A DNA stretch of 51,805 nucleotides from an uncultured Verrucomicrobiota bacterium (GCA_964397035.1 CAYNHA010000014.1:1-51805); one strand, 5' to 3'; shown: positions 9,290 to 17,569, numbered from the stretch's first letter. Numbers and translations: made by a program. The notes: generated by a model from the letters alone, not told the origin.

Positions 9290-9456
9290 TTGGGAACTCC
9301 CGAAGGTTGAAATTGGAAAGACAGGGATGCCGGAAAGCATCCGAAATTTTCAGCTGCAAAGGATCCATCTCCGAACGTAGGCCATAACGGAATCCGGCGC
9401 AAGCCTTGTCTCCGGCGGGAATGCGGGAAACGGCCCATTTCTAGGGATTCCATATA

Positions 9457-9484
9457 ACGTCGCATAATACATATTATGTTGCGT
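9457..9484. promoter_or_regulatory. Imperfect AT-rich palindrome ACGTCGCATAATA-CA-TATTATGTTGCGT upstream of the GH57 gene
   Basis: Inverted arms read directly (10 of 13 positions pair). It lies about 170-195 nt upstream of GH57 start 9289. The CGCATA(A/G)T core resembles the arms of the 33018-33049 palindrome. Confidence 0.35.
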
Positions 9485-9556
9485 ATGTGGTATGTGGCAC
9501 CCCCATATATGGTAGGACATTCCGAATGTCCGGGGTTTGGGGCCCGACGATAACTT

Positions 9557-9565
9557 TGTGGATAA
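9557..9565 (-). promoter_or_regulatory. Perfect consensus DnaA box (TTATCCACA on the minus strand)
   Basis: The plus strand reads TGTGGATAA. A 1-mismatch box TGTGAATAT lies at 9578-9586, and four more relaxed boxes lie in the 9617-9659 palindromes. Confidence 0.3.
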
Positions 9566-9616
9566 GTCTGTGAACGGTGTGAATATCCGGACACGGACGC
9601 GGAAGGTCCGGACACA

Positions 9617-9659
9617 TTTTTCCACAGTGTGGAAAACTTCTTTCCACGGTGTGGAAAAC
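9617..9659. repeat. Paired palindrome element, locus 1 (TTTTTCCACAGTGTGGAAAAC + CTTTCCACGGTGTGGAAAAC)
   Basis: Read directly. Centres are at 9627 and 9649 (22 bp apart). The element is 40 nt downstream of the dctM stop codon and about 330 nt upstream of the GH57 start. Confidence 0.85.
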
Positions 9660-9699
9660 GCCCGAACCGCCGGTGAGTTTCGCGGGCGGCTGCCGTGGA

Positions 9700-10962
9700 T
9701 TACTTGACGAGCGCGAGGCTCAATGCGGGCCAATATGTGATCAGCAGCAAGACCCCCAGCATGAGCCCCATCAGGGCCAGTGACGCGATCGCCAATTTCA
9801 TGAGCGGCTTGTTCAGGCGCATGGCGGCAATGAAAAGGTTCATTCCCACCGGAGGCGTGCTGTAGCCAATCGCCAGATTGGCCAGAAAGATGATCGCCAT
9901 GTGCACGGGGTCAATTCCGTACCGATCGGCCAGGGGCGCCAGAAGCGGCACGATGACCACGGTGGCCGTGTAGATGTCCATGATGCAGCCGACCAGAAGC
10001 AAAAACAAATTGAGCGTGATCAGGAACGCCAGCGGATTCTGGATCCGGGCGCTGACCCATTCCAGAATGAGTTGAGGGACTTCCTGGTCGATCAGGAAAT
10101 TCGTGATGGCCATTCCCATGCCGAGGATCAGCAGGACGCCGCCCACCAGGACCACCGTGTCGCGTATGATGCTCGTCAGTTTCCGAATCGGAATTTCCCG
10201 GTAAATGAGAACCTCGACGATCAGCACGTAGGCCGCCGTGATGACGGCGGCTTCGCTGGCGACCAGCCAGCCGCCATAGATTCCGCCCAGGACAACCAGC
10301 GGCAACGGAAGTTCCCACTTGGCTTCCTTGAGGGCGGCTCCCAATTCGCTCCACACAAAAGGCCGCCGGGGAATTTTGGCGTGAATCCCCGCCCAGATTC
10401 CATAGAGGCAAAGGACGCCCACGGCCAGCAGTCCCGGCAGGATGCCGGCACGGAAAAGCGCATCAATGGTGACTGTGCCGGAGATGGGTTGCGCGATGAT
10501 GGCATAGAGGATCAGGGGAAGACTGGGCGCAAACAGGACACCCATGTTGCCGCCGCTGGTGACCAGGCCCAACGCGGCTTTTTCCCGATAGCCATCCTTG
10601 AGGAGCGCGGGAAGCAAGAGGCCGCCGAGCGCAACGATGGTCACCCCCGAGGCGCCGGTGAAGGCCGTCAGGAATGTGCATGTCACGATGCACACCATGG
10701 CCAGACCGCCGGGCATCCAGCCAAACGCGGCGCGCGTAATGCGCAGCAGCCGTTCGGAGGCGCGGCTGCCCGCCAGCAGGTATCCCGCCAGCGCGAACAT
10801 GGGCAGCGCCTGCAGCATGGGCATGTTCGTCAAGCGTGTGAGTTCGCCAATGACGGTGGCGAAATCGATTCCGCTGGACTGGTAGGAAATCATCGCCAGC
10901 GCGCCGAACACGGCAAACATGGGAGCGCCCACGAGGGCGAAGGCCATCACGGTCCAGCTCAT
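9700..10962 (-). CDS. dctM: TRAP transporter large permease subunit (DctM family)
   Basis: A 420-aa polytopic protein from ATG 10962 (MSWTVMAFALVGAPMF...). The start overlaps the dctQ stop by 4 nt. It has typical DctM composition and length. The longer 488-aa ORF-track version adds an Arg/Gly/His-rich non-membrane extension. Confidence 0.85.
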   Translation of the reverse strand: MSWTVMAFALVGAPMFAVFGALAMISYQSSGIDFATVIGELTRLTNMPMLQALPMFALAGYLLAGSRASERLLRITRAAFGWMPGGLAMVCIVTCTFLTAFTGASGVTIVALGGLLLPALLKDGYREKAALGLVTSGGNMGVLFAPSLPLILYAIIAQPISGTVTIDALFRAGILPGLLAVGVLCLYGIWAGIHAKIPRRPFVWSELGAALKEAKWELPLPLVVLGGIYGGWLVASEAAVITAAYVLIVEVLIYREIPIRKLTSIIRDTVVLVGGVLLILGMGMAITNFLIDQEVPQLILEWVSARIQNPLAFLITLNLFLLLVGCIMDIYTATVVIVPLLAPLADRYGIDPVHMAIIFLANLAIGYSTPPVGMNLFIAAMRLNKPLMKLAIASLALMGLMLGVLLLITYWPALSLALVK

Positions 10963-11498
10963 GAGGGCACCCTCCCCTCCCCCGGCAGCCCTTGTTCTTC
11001 CTGGATGGAAAGCCAGGAGGACGGAGCCAGGACGCGCACGGCGAAGCGGATGGCCATGAGCCAGAATACCACCGGAATGACCATGTAGTATTTCCAAACG
11101 GGGGCTCCCAGCAGCAGCGTGATGTCCATCTCGCGCTGGAATCCCACGTAGCGGCCGGCGGCCCAAGCCAGCAGGACGCAGACAATGGCGGCGAACAACG
11201 ATGTGGCGCGCGCCAACCAGGCCGATCCGCGGCGCGGCAACAGGGCCGCCGCCAGATCAATCGCCAGATGTCGTCCCATTCCCGCCGCGGCCAGCGCCCC
11301 CAGCATCGTCAGCCAAAGCAGGGCCATGCCCAGCAAGGGCTCGACCCAGTTCAGGCCGGTGTGCCAAATGTTGCGCAGCAGGATTTGCAGGACCGACAGT
11401 CCCACCATGCCCGTGACCAGCACGGCCAAGAGGGCCCGCTCGATCCGGTCGATCCAACGGGAAAGACCACGAAACGTTTTTTCGCTCCGACCCATCAT
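10959..11498 (-). CDS. dctQ: TRAP transporter small permease subunit (DctQ family)
   Basis: 179 aa from ATG 11498 (MMGRSEKTFRGLSRWIDRIERALLAVLV...) with 4 predicted TM helices. The start overlaps the dctP stop (ATGA-type coupling). Confidence 0.8.
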   Translation of the reverse strand: MMGRSEKTFRGLSRWIDRIERALLAVLVTGMVGLSVLQILLRNIWHTGLNWVEPLLGMALLWLTMLGALAAAGMGRHLAIDLAAALLPRRGSAWLARATSLFAAIVCVLLAWAAGRYVGFQREMDITLLLGAPVWKYYMVIPVVFWLMAIRFAVRVLAPSSWLSIQEEQGLPGEGRVPS

Positions 11499-12490
11499 GA
11501 GCCGCGGATTTCCTTCAGGTATTGCTGGAGCAGATTCCACGCTTCTGCGGAGAACACGGTGCCCATGGCTTTTTGCAGGGCCACGGAGGCAATCTGTTCG
11601 AACGAAGCACGCAAGGCCGGGGTTTCTTCGATCGCCGCCACACCTTGCTTCTGCATGAAGTCCAGCGCTTCGATGTCGCTCTTGCGCACCTTGGGGGTCA
11701 ATAGGCGGCAATGCTTGTCGAAGGCCGTCTTGACGAGATCCCGATGCTGCGGCGGCACCATGGCCCAACCGGCGGAGGAGAAGAACACGCCGCCGATGGA
11801 ATACGTCAGGCGCATCGTATTGTAGTAGCGCACCTTGGTGTGCCATTGCACGGCAACGGCCGCCGTGGGCGGCCCAAAGACGGTTTCCAGCGAGCCCGTT
11901 TGAAGCGCGGTCAGCACATCGGTGACATTGGCGGGAATCGACGAGATCCCGCCTGCGGCAAACAGGTCCATCAGCATGGGCGAGTCGAGCCCCCAGACCT
12001 TTGTGGCGCGCACGTTTTCGACTGTGGCCAAGGGCTTGACCCCATAGGCATAGCTGAAGCCCACCTCGGTCCATCCTGCGGTTTCAAATCCATTTTTCCG
12101 CACGTTCTCGTCGAGATACGGGCGGATTTTCTCGAAAGCCTGATCCACTTCCTCGTAGTTGCGGAACACCATCGGAAACATCAGGGCGCTGGCATCCGGG
12201 CAAATCTTACCAATGGCGTAGCCCATGAAGCCGCCGCCTTGAAGCTGGCCCGTCTTGATCTTGAAAAGCACATCCTTTTCGGAACCCATGATTCCGCCGG
12301 GATAGATCTTGATCTTCACGGCGCCGCCGGTGGCTGTTTCCACCTCGGTCTTGGCATCGTGGAGGGCCTGCATCCAAATGCTGCCTTCGGGAGCCAAGGT
12401 GGCCATCTTCAAGATCACTTGTGCGGACACCGGTCCGACGCCGAAGCATGCCGCCGCCAACCCAATCCATGCGATTTGTGGAAGTTTCAT
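11495..12490 (-). CDS. dctP: TRAP transporter periplasmic solute-binding protein (DctP family)
   Basis: The signal peptide is MKLPQIAWIGLAAACFGVGPVSAQ. A DctP-like N-terminus follows (ILKMATLAPEGSIW...IKIYPGG). Confidence 0.85.
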   Translation of the reverse strand: MKLPQIAWIGLAAACFGVGPVSAQVILKMATLAPEGSIWMQALHDAKTEVETATGGAVKIKIYPGGIMGSEKDVLFKIKTGQLQGGGFMGYAIGKICPDASALMFPMVFRNYEEVDQAFEKIRPYLDENVRKNGFETAGWTEVGFSYAYGVKPLATVENVRATKVWGLDSPMLMDLFAAGGISSIPANVTDVLTALQTGSLETVFGPPTAAVAVQWHTKVRYYNTMRLTYSIGGVFFSSAGWAMVPPQHRDLVKTAFDKHCRLLTPKVRKSDIEALDFMQKQGVAAIEETPALRASFEQIASVALQKAMGTVFSAEAWNLLQQYLKEIRGS

Positions 12491-12504
12491 TTAGGGTACC
12501 TTTC

Positions 12505-13383
12505 TTAAAACAGTTCGTTGACTTGATTCAGCAGAGCTTGGGCCCGTTTCTGAGCCACGGCATTCATGAGGGTGAACGCGGGGACCGAGGGAGTGGCCTC
12601 GACCACTCGCTTCAGCGTGCTTTCAAACAGTTCCTGATCGAAGGCGTAGCGGGCATAGAATTCCGCAAAGGTCACCTGAGCGAGCAAATAATCGGGTCCG
12701 GCAATCCGGATGCTCCGGTCAAAATACTCGCGGGCTTTTTCCAAGTCCCGTCCACCGCCCAACGGAAGCACGGTGTAATAGATTCCGTAGAAGAGATCCG
12801 CGCCTCCATTGCGGATGCCCGGATCCAGTTCCTGCACCCGGTCCATCATGGCCAGCACCTTGGGCATGCCACCCAAAGCCGAAGGAGAATCCGAGCTGGC
12901 GATGATCCACATGACCCACGCCGATGCCGTCGTGAACAAGGCTCCTGCCTCCTTCTTTTTGAAGCCGCGCAAGGACTGGACAAACTCCTCCTGCGTTCCC
13001 TCCAGGGCGCGATCGAACCGTTTGTTCCGGGCCAGCGCGCGCAAACCGTAGGTTTTGGCCTTGAGATACATCCCCTTGGCCCGAGCCTTCTGCTCCTTGT
13101 CCACGAAGCCGGTGGCATACGCCATCTGGGCGTCCGCCGCCGCCAGCAGCACGGCGGGATTGTCGGGATGGGCCTCGGCCAACGCATCCAGAATCAGCAG
13201 AAACGCCGGAGCACCCTCCTTCACGAGGTCCACGTCGCTCTGGTGCATCAGGCCTTCCGACAACTGCGTCGCCATGGGCGAAATGACCCGTGCGGCGCCC
13301 TTGCGAACCAGAACGCATCCGCTGGCCAGGACGCATGCCGCCAGGAGAAGCGACATCCCGATGATTTGCGTATGCCTCTTCAT
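12505..13383 (-). CDS. TatT-like TPR lipoprotein (T-component of TPR-protein-associated TRAP transporters)
   Basis: ATG 13383 gives the lipoprotein signal MKRHTQIIGMSLLLAACVLASGC. The body is all-helical and TPR-like, and the C-terminus (...FAEFYARYAFDQELFES...) resembles Treponema pallidum TatT-type proteins. It sits immediately upstream of dctPQM. The family call is from memory. Confidence 0.6.
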   Translation of the reverse strand: MKRHTQIIGMSLLLAACVLASGCVLVRKGAARVISPMATQLSEGLMHQSDVDLVKEGAPAFLLILDALAEAHPDNPAVLLAAADAQMAYATGFVDKEQKARAKGMYLKAKTYGLRALARNKRFDRALEGTQEEFVQSLRGFKKKEAGALFTTASAWVMWIIASSDSPSALGGMPKVLAMMDRVQELDPGIRNGGADLFYGIYYTVLPLGGGRDLEKAREYFDRSIRIAGPDYLLAQVTFAEFYARYAFDQELFESTLKRVVEATPSVPAFTLMNAVAQKRAQALLNQVNELF

Positions 13384-13390
13384 GGAACGC

Positions 13391-14179
13391 CTACGATTCC
13401 AAAAGTCCTGGGAAAGCCGCACGCACACGGGCGATGCTTTCGGCGGAAGCGGTTTTTTCGCGCAGCACCTGCAACAGGGCCAACACATCTTCGCCGGAAA
13501 CCTGAAACGTTTCCTTCTTTTCCTTGAGGCGTTTGGCCGCGGTCCGATAGGTCAGCACTTTGGGCGCCGTCTTTGCTTCCGGCGATTTCAATGCGGCCAG
13601 CGCCGCCTCCAATGCGGCGCGCTCCTTCCCCGGCTCCGCCGAAAGCACTTCCTTGCAGATGGCCTTGGCCTTGGCCCAACTGATCTGGCCTTCCTCGAGC
13701 AGGCGACGAATCCGGGAATCCATTCCCGGCGCATAGCGGAGAATGTCCTCGATCCACCCCACGTTCTTGTCGAGAAACTGGGCAATGCGGTTCTTGTCCC
13801 AGTTTGCATTCGCCATGAAGATGATGGCGTCAAAATAGTCGGTGATGCGGGCGTCCAGGCGGTCGGCATTCAGCTTGAGGTTCAATGCCTGGATTTCATC
13901 GAGTTCGCCATGAACCACGCGTACATCGATCCGGTCGAAATAGCCGGGCCGCTCGCTGCGAATGCGGCGAATGGCGTTGTGCCGGTGGAATCCTCCCACC
14001 AGGTAGTACTCGCTGGGATTCCGCTCCCAGACGACGATGGGCTCCAGCAGTCCGTTGCGCAGAATGTCCTCGGCATAGTGGGCCACTTTGGCATCGTTCA
14101 GGGGGCGGTGGTTGGCCACCGACGGGTGCAGGTGCACTTTCTCGAACGGCACATAGTCAAATCGCTTGGTCGTCAGCAT
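13391..14179 (-). CDS. Divergent ParB/Spo0J-family protein (ParB N-terminal domain + HTH) with a degenerate arginine patch
   Basis: AAGAGGA lies 5 nt upstream of ATG 14179. LLEPIVVWERNPSEYYLVGGFHRHNAIRRI aligns to ParB box I/II, but GGFHRHNA replaces GERRxRA. IAQFLDKNVGWIEDILRYAPGMDSRIRRLLEEGQISWAKAKAI matches the ParB HTH and LRLL..G.ls.ghAraL region. Confidence 0.7.
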   Translation of the reverse strand: MLTTKRFDYVPFEKVHLHPSVANHRPLNDAKVAHYAEDILRNGLLEPIVVWERNPSEYYLVGGFHRHNAIRRIRSERPGYFDRIDVRVVHGELDEIQALNLKLNADRLDARITDYFDAIIFMANANWDKNRIAQFLDKNVGWIEDILRYAPGMDSRIRRLLEEGQISWAKAKAICKEVLSAEPGKERAALEAALAALKSPEAKTAPKVLTYRTAAKRLKEKKETFQVSGEDVLALLQVLREKTASAESIARVRAAFPGLLES

Positions 14180-14339
14180 ATCATCCTCTTTTGATAAAAG
14201 TTTCCGGCGCACTCTAGCGGATTGTGACGCCGGGTGAAGCCTTTTTTTGCCTGCTCTGCGGATGCCTTGCTTTCATCTTTACTCTTGGCGCCGTCCGCCG
14301 TTTAATGGCGCCCGTTTCAAACCCAGTTTCAGGCAACGT

Positions 14340-14729
14340 ATGTTTTCCAAAACAGTCACTCCCCGGTTCGGCGATGTGGACGGCTTGCGCCACATCAACA
14401 ACACCATGCTGCCCGTGTGGTTCGAGCTCGGCCGCGAGCCGCTGTTTCGCTATTTCAACCCCGGCATGAGCCTGGAAAACTGGAACCTGATCATGGCGCA
14501 CATCGATGTGGATTTCATTGTGCCGATGACATTGGGCGCGGACATCGAAATCCGCACCATCGTTTCGAAGATCGGCCGCTCGTCTTTCACGGTGTATCAG
14601 GAAGCCTGGCAATCCGGCACCCTCTGCGCGAAAGGCAGCGCCGTGGTGGTCCACTATGACTTCATCAACAAGAAATCGATGCCCGTCCCCGATGACATTC
14701 GGATCCTCCTGAAGGAGCATCTCGCATGA
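14340..14729 (+). CDS. Acyl-CoA thioesterase, 4HBT (hotdog fold) family
   Basis: 129 aa from ATG 14340. TPRFGDVDGLRHINNTMLPVWFELGREPLF matches the YbgC/4HBT N-terminal catalytic Asp block. Confidence 0.7.
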   Translation: MFSKTVTPRFGDVDGLRHINNTMLPVWFELGREPLFRYFNPGMSLENWNLIMAHIDVDFIVPMTLGADIEIRTIVSKIGRSSFTVYQEAWQSGTLCAKGSAVVVHYDFINKKSMPVPDDIRILLKEHLA

Positions 14730-15046
14730 AAACGAAAAGCGGCATGTCGGTCGTGGAAGTGTCGATCACGCTGGCCATCCTGGTCTTGATCCTGGTCATT
14801 TCCGTTCCGGCCCTGTTCCAAAACCAGCAGAAGAAGCGCATTGCCGAATGCGCCATGAATCTCGACGCCATCGCCACCGCCTGCAAGAAATACGCGGCGG
14901 AGAAGGACGGCTTTCCAAAACACCTTTCCGATCTTGTCCCCGCCTATCTGGAATCCGTTCCCGCCTGCCCCTCCGGCGGCACCTATGCGCTCGGCACTCC
15001 GGAAGGCGACCCTCCGACCTGCTCCATTGTCGAACACCACTTGTGA
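14726..15046 (+). CDS. Prepilin-type N-terminal cleavage/methylation domain protein (pseudopilin-like)
   Basis: MKTKSG|MSVVEVSITLAILVLILVISV has the class III signal with Glu at +5. The ATG overlaps the thioesterase stop (ATGA). Confidence 0.65.
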   Translation: MKTKSGMSVVEVSITLAILVLILVISVPALFQNQQKKRIAECAMNLDAIATACKKYAAEKDGFPKHLSDLVPAYLESVPACPSGGTYALGTPEGDPPTCSIVEHHL

Positions 15047-15065
15047 TCCACTCGAAAGGAACCCC

Positions 15066-15785
15066 ATGAAAAAAGCCATCTATCGCAGAATTCTCCTCAA
15101 GCTCAGCGGCGAAGTGCTGCGCGATTCGCAAAGCGGCGAGTGTCTTTCCGATTCCGTGCTCGCCGAGATGGCCAAGCAGATCCAGTCCGTCCGCAAGATG
15201 GGCGTGCAGGTCGGCGTGGTCATTGGCGGCGGCAACATTTTCCGAGGCATGAAGGGCCAGGACCGCGGCTTTGGCCGCGCCCACGGCGACAACATGGGCA
15301 TGCTGGCGACCCTGATCAACAGCCTCGCCCTCCAGTCGGCGCTCGAAGCAGCGGGGGTTCCCGCCAAGACCCTTTCCGCCACGGCCATGCCATCGCTGGC
15401 CGAACTGTTCACGTTCCGCCGCGCCATCGAGCTGCTCGACGCCGGCACCGTCGTGATAATCGGCGGCGGCACCGGCAATCCGTTCTTCACCACCGACAGC
15501 GCCGCCGCCCTGCGCGCCGCCGAGATCGGCGCCGAGGTCCTGCTCAAGGCCACCAAGGTCGATGGCATCTATGACGCCGATCCCGTCCGCAATCCCAAGG
15601 CCGTCAAATTCGACCGCCTCACCTATTCCGAGGCGCTCGCCCGCCGCCTGAAAGTCATGGACGCCGCCGCCTTTTCTCTTTGCATGGACAACCAGATCCC
15701 TATACTGGTGTTCGATTTCTTCAAGCGCGGGGAGTTGCTCCGCGTGGTGCACGGAGAAAAGGCCGGCACCTTGGTCACCGCCTGA
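15066..15785 (+). CDS. pyrH: UMP kinase
   Basis: AAAGGA lies upstream of ATG 15066. Motifs: MKKAIYRRILLKLSGEVL..., VVIGGGNIFRG, GTGNPFFTTDSAAALRA. Confidence 0.95.
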   Translation: MKKAIYRRILLKLSGEVLRDSQSGECLSDSVLAEMAKQIQSVRKMGVQVGVVIGGGNIFRGMKGQDRGFGRAHGDNMGMLATLINSLALQSALEAAGVPAKTLSATAMPSLAELFTFRRAIELLDAGTVVIIGGGTGNPFFTTDSAAALRAAEIGAEVLLKATKVDGIYDADPVRNPKAVKFDRLTYSEALARRLKVMDAAAFSLCMDNQIPILVFDFFKRGELLRVVHGEKAGTLVTA

Positions 15786-15811
15786 AAACACATTTGGAAA
15801 GGAATAACGCC

Positions 15812-16378
15812 ATGTACGAATCCGCCGACGATGTCCTGCTCGAAACCGACGACAAAATGGAAAAGGCCATTGCCCATCTCCAGCAGGGGCTTTCGGGCCT
15901 GCGCACGGGGAAAGCCTCCCCCAGCCTGGTTGATCAAATCAACGTTGACTGCTACGGTGCCCAGACCCGCCTCAACCAAATGTCCCTCATCAGCACGCCC
16001 GAACCGCGCCTGATCGTCATCAAGCCCTATGACCCCTCTTCCCTTCCTGCGATTGAAAAAGCCATCCTCGCCGCCAACATCGGCGTCACTCCGCTCAACG
16101 ACGGGCGTCTCATCCGTGTCCCCATTCCCGAGTTGAGCGAAGAGCGCCGCAAGGATCTGGGCAAGGTCGCCAACCGCATGGGCGAGGAAGCCCGCGTGGC
16201 CCTGCGTGCCGTTCGGCGCGACGCCAACGACGCCATCAAGGCGCTGGAAAAGGCTTCCACCATCACCGAAGACGATCGCGACCGGGCCCTGGAAGAAGTC
16301 CAGAAATACACCGATTCCTATTCCAAGAAAGTAGACGATCTGGTGGCGGCCAAAGAAAAAGACATCATGGCTGTCTGA
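15812..16378 (+). CDS. frr: Ribosome recycling factor
   Basis: 188 aa from ATG 15812. Motifs: GLRTGKASPSLVDQINVDCYG and IRVPIPELSEERRKDL, downstream of pyrH as in many bacteria. Confidence 0.95.
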   Translation: MYESADDVLLETDDKMEKAIAHLQQGLSGLRTGKASPSLVDQINVDCYGAQTRLNQMSLISTPEPRLIVIKPYDPSSLPAIEKAILAANIGVTPLNDGRLIRVPIPELSEERRKDLGKVANRMGEEARVALRAVRRDANDAIKALEKASTITEDDRDRALEEVQKYTDSYSKKVDDLVAAKEKDIMAV

Positions 16379-16384
16379 TCGCGC

Positions 16385-17569
16385 ATGCGACGCCCTCCGC
16401 GCAAGTCCCCCCTGCGCCATCTGGTTTGGATTCTTCCCCTCTTGGCGCTGGATTTTTTTATTTTCCGCTGGTTTGCCCTCCAGCGGGCTTCCACACGCTT
16501 GTCCATTCCCGAAGCACCCCTTCCCCCCGCGGCGGAGCAGGTCGCACTTCCGGAAGAGCCCCCCCCTCCCCCGCCGCCCGTCTGGCAACGGTTGGTGCCC
16601 CCCACCCCGCAGCAAAACCTGCTGGAACCCGACACCCCCGGCGTCTTGCAACCCACCGGCTCGGGCCGGTTGGAGTCCGCCAAGTTTGGCTCCACGCGAA
16701 CCGCGCAGCGCAACGGCCGCATCTTCCCCGCCTTCCATGAGGGCGTGGACATCGCCCCCACCGCGCGCGACCGCAAGGGAATTCCCACCGATCCGGTCTA
16801 CGCCGTCACGGAAGGCCGGGTGGCCTTTGTCAATTCCGTCGGTGGAAATTCCACCTATGGAAAGTATGTGATCATCGAACACCCCGACCCCTCCCTCGGC
16901 ATGGTTCAAAAGCGCGATGGCACCTCCGAACCGGCCACCGTCTATACCTTGTATGCCCACTTGGCCGACATCCGCTTTGGCATCCGCCCCGGTCGCGCCG
17001 TGGTTCCCGGCGAGGAAATCGCCACCCTTGGGCGCACCAGCAGCACGCAGCCTCCCATTCCGCTGGAGCGTAGCCATCTGCATTGGGAAGTCGGTGTTCT
17101 TCTCAACTCCCGCTTCGAAATCAAGGGCCGCGAAGACAAGATTTCCCCTGACTTCGGCAATTACAATGGCGGCAACCTGTTCGCTTTCGATCCCCTCGAT
17201 TTTTATGCCGCCCACTCCCGTGACCCCGGCCTCACCATGGCCTCCTATCTCGCCGGCGTCAAACCGGCCTGCGAAGTCCTCCTTCGCGGAAAATTCCCCG
17301 ACTATTTCCGCCGCTTCCCCGCCCTTTGGAAAGGCCCCCCCCACGATGGCGGCCCCCTTCGCCTCACCCTCTCCGAATCCGGCGCGCCCCTTTCCGGTCG
17401 CAATGCCACCGCTGCCGAGACCGCCCTGCTCGGCAACCAGCGCCACGCTGTCGTCCATGTGGACACCGCCGTTCTGGGCCGGAATGGCCGCGCCCTTGTC
17501 ACCTCCGCCTCCGGCAAATGGCAGTTCACCGAAAAAGGCAAGCAATGGGCCGAAATTTTGTTCTATTGA
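16385..17569 (+). CDS. M23 (LytM-type) metallopeptidase with an N-terminal TM anchor and Pro-rich linker
   Basis: FHEGVDIAP (HxxxD) and SHLHWEV (HxH) motifs are intact. The N-terminal TM helix is WILPLLALDFFIFRWFAL. Confidence 0.8.
   Translation: MRRPPRKSPLRHLVWILPLLALDFFIFRWFALQRASTRLSIPEAPLPPAAEQVALPEEPPPPPPPVWQRLVPPTPQQNLLEPDTPGVLQPTGSGRLESAKFGSTRTAQRNGRIFPAFHEGVDIAPTARDRKGIPTDPVYAVTEGRVAFVNSVGGNSTYGKYVIIEHPDPSLGMVQKRDGTSEPATVYTLYAHLADIRFGIRPGRAVVPGEEIATLGRTSSTQPPIPLERSHLHWEVGVLLNSRFEIKGREDKISPDFGNYNGGNLFAFDPLDFYAAHSRDPGLTMASYLAGVKPACEVLLRGKFPDYFRRFPALWKGPPHDGGPLRLTLSESGAPLSGRNATAAETALLGNQRHAVVHVDTAVLGRNGRALVTSASGKWQFTEKGKQWAEILFY

Noticed and set aside
9290-9699. Calling this spacer the chromosomal origin (oriC) as a feature.
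   Set aside because: The DnaA boxes and an AT-rich tract are present. However, no dnaA, dnaN, gidA or parA is nearby, the flanking genes do not diverge, and the same box-bearing palindromes occur at three other loci. It is reported only as a hypothesis to test with GC skew and marker frequency.
13391-14179. A canonical chromosome-partition locus (parAB-parS).
   Set aside because: There is no ParA/Soj ATPase gene adjacent. No 16-bp parS-like palindrome was found by eye; the nearest resemblance, ACGTGAAAC at ~1761, is only a half-site inside a CDS. The arginine patch is degenerate.
14934-15065. N-terminally extended ORF-track versions of several genes: pyrH from 14934, frr from 15680, DUF3089 from 27677, radical SAM from 19930, dctM from 11166, NuoB-like from 38641, pfk from 33040.
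   Set aside because: The extensions overlap upstream genes or repeats and are Pro/Arg/Gly-rich. Internal ATGs with Shine-Dalgarno-like sequences give N-termini that match the family or a signal peptide.
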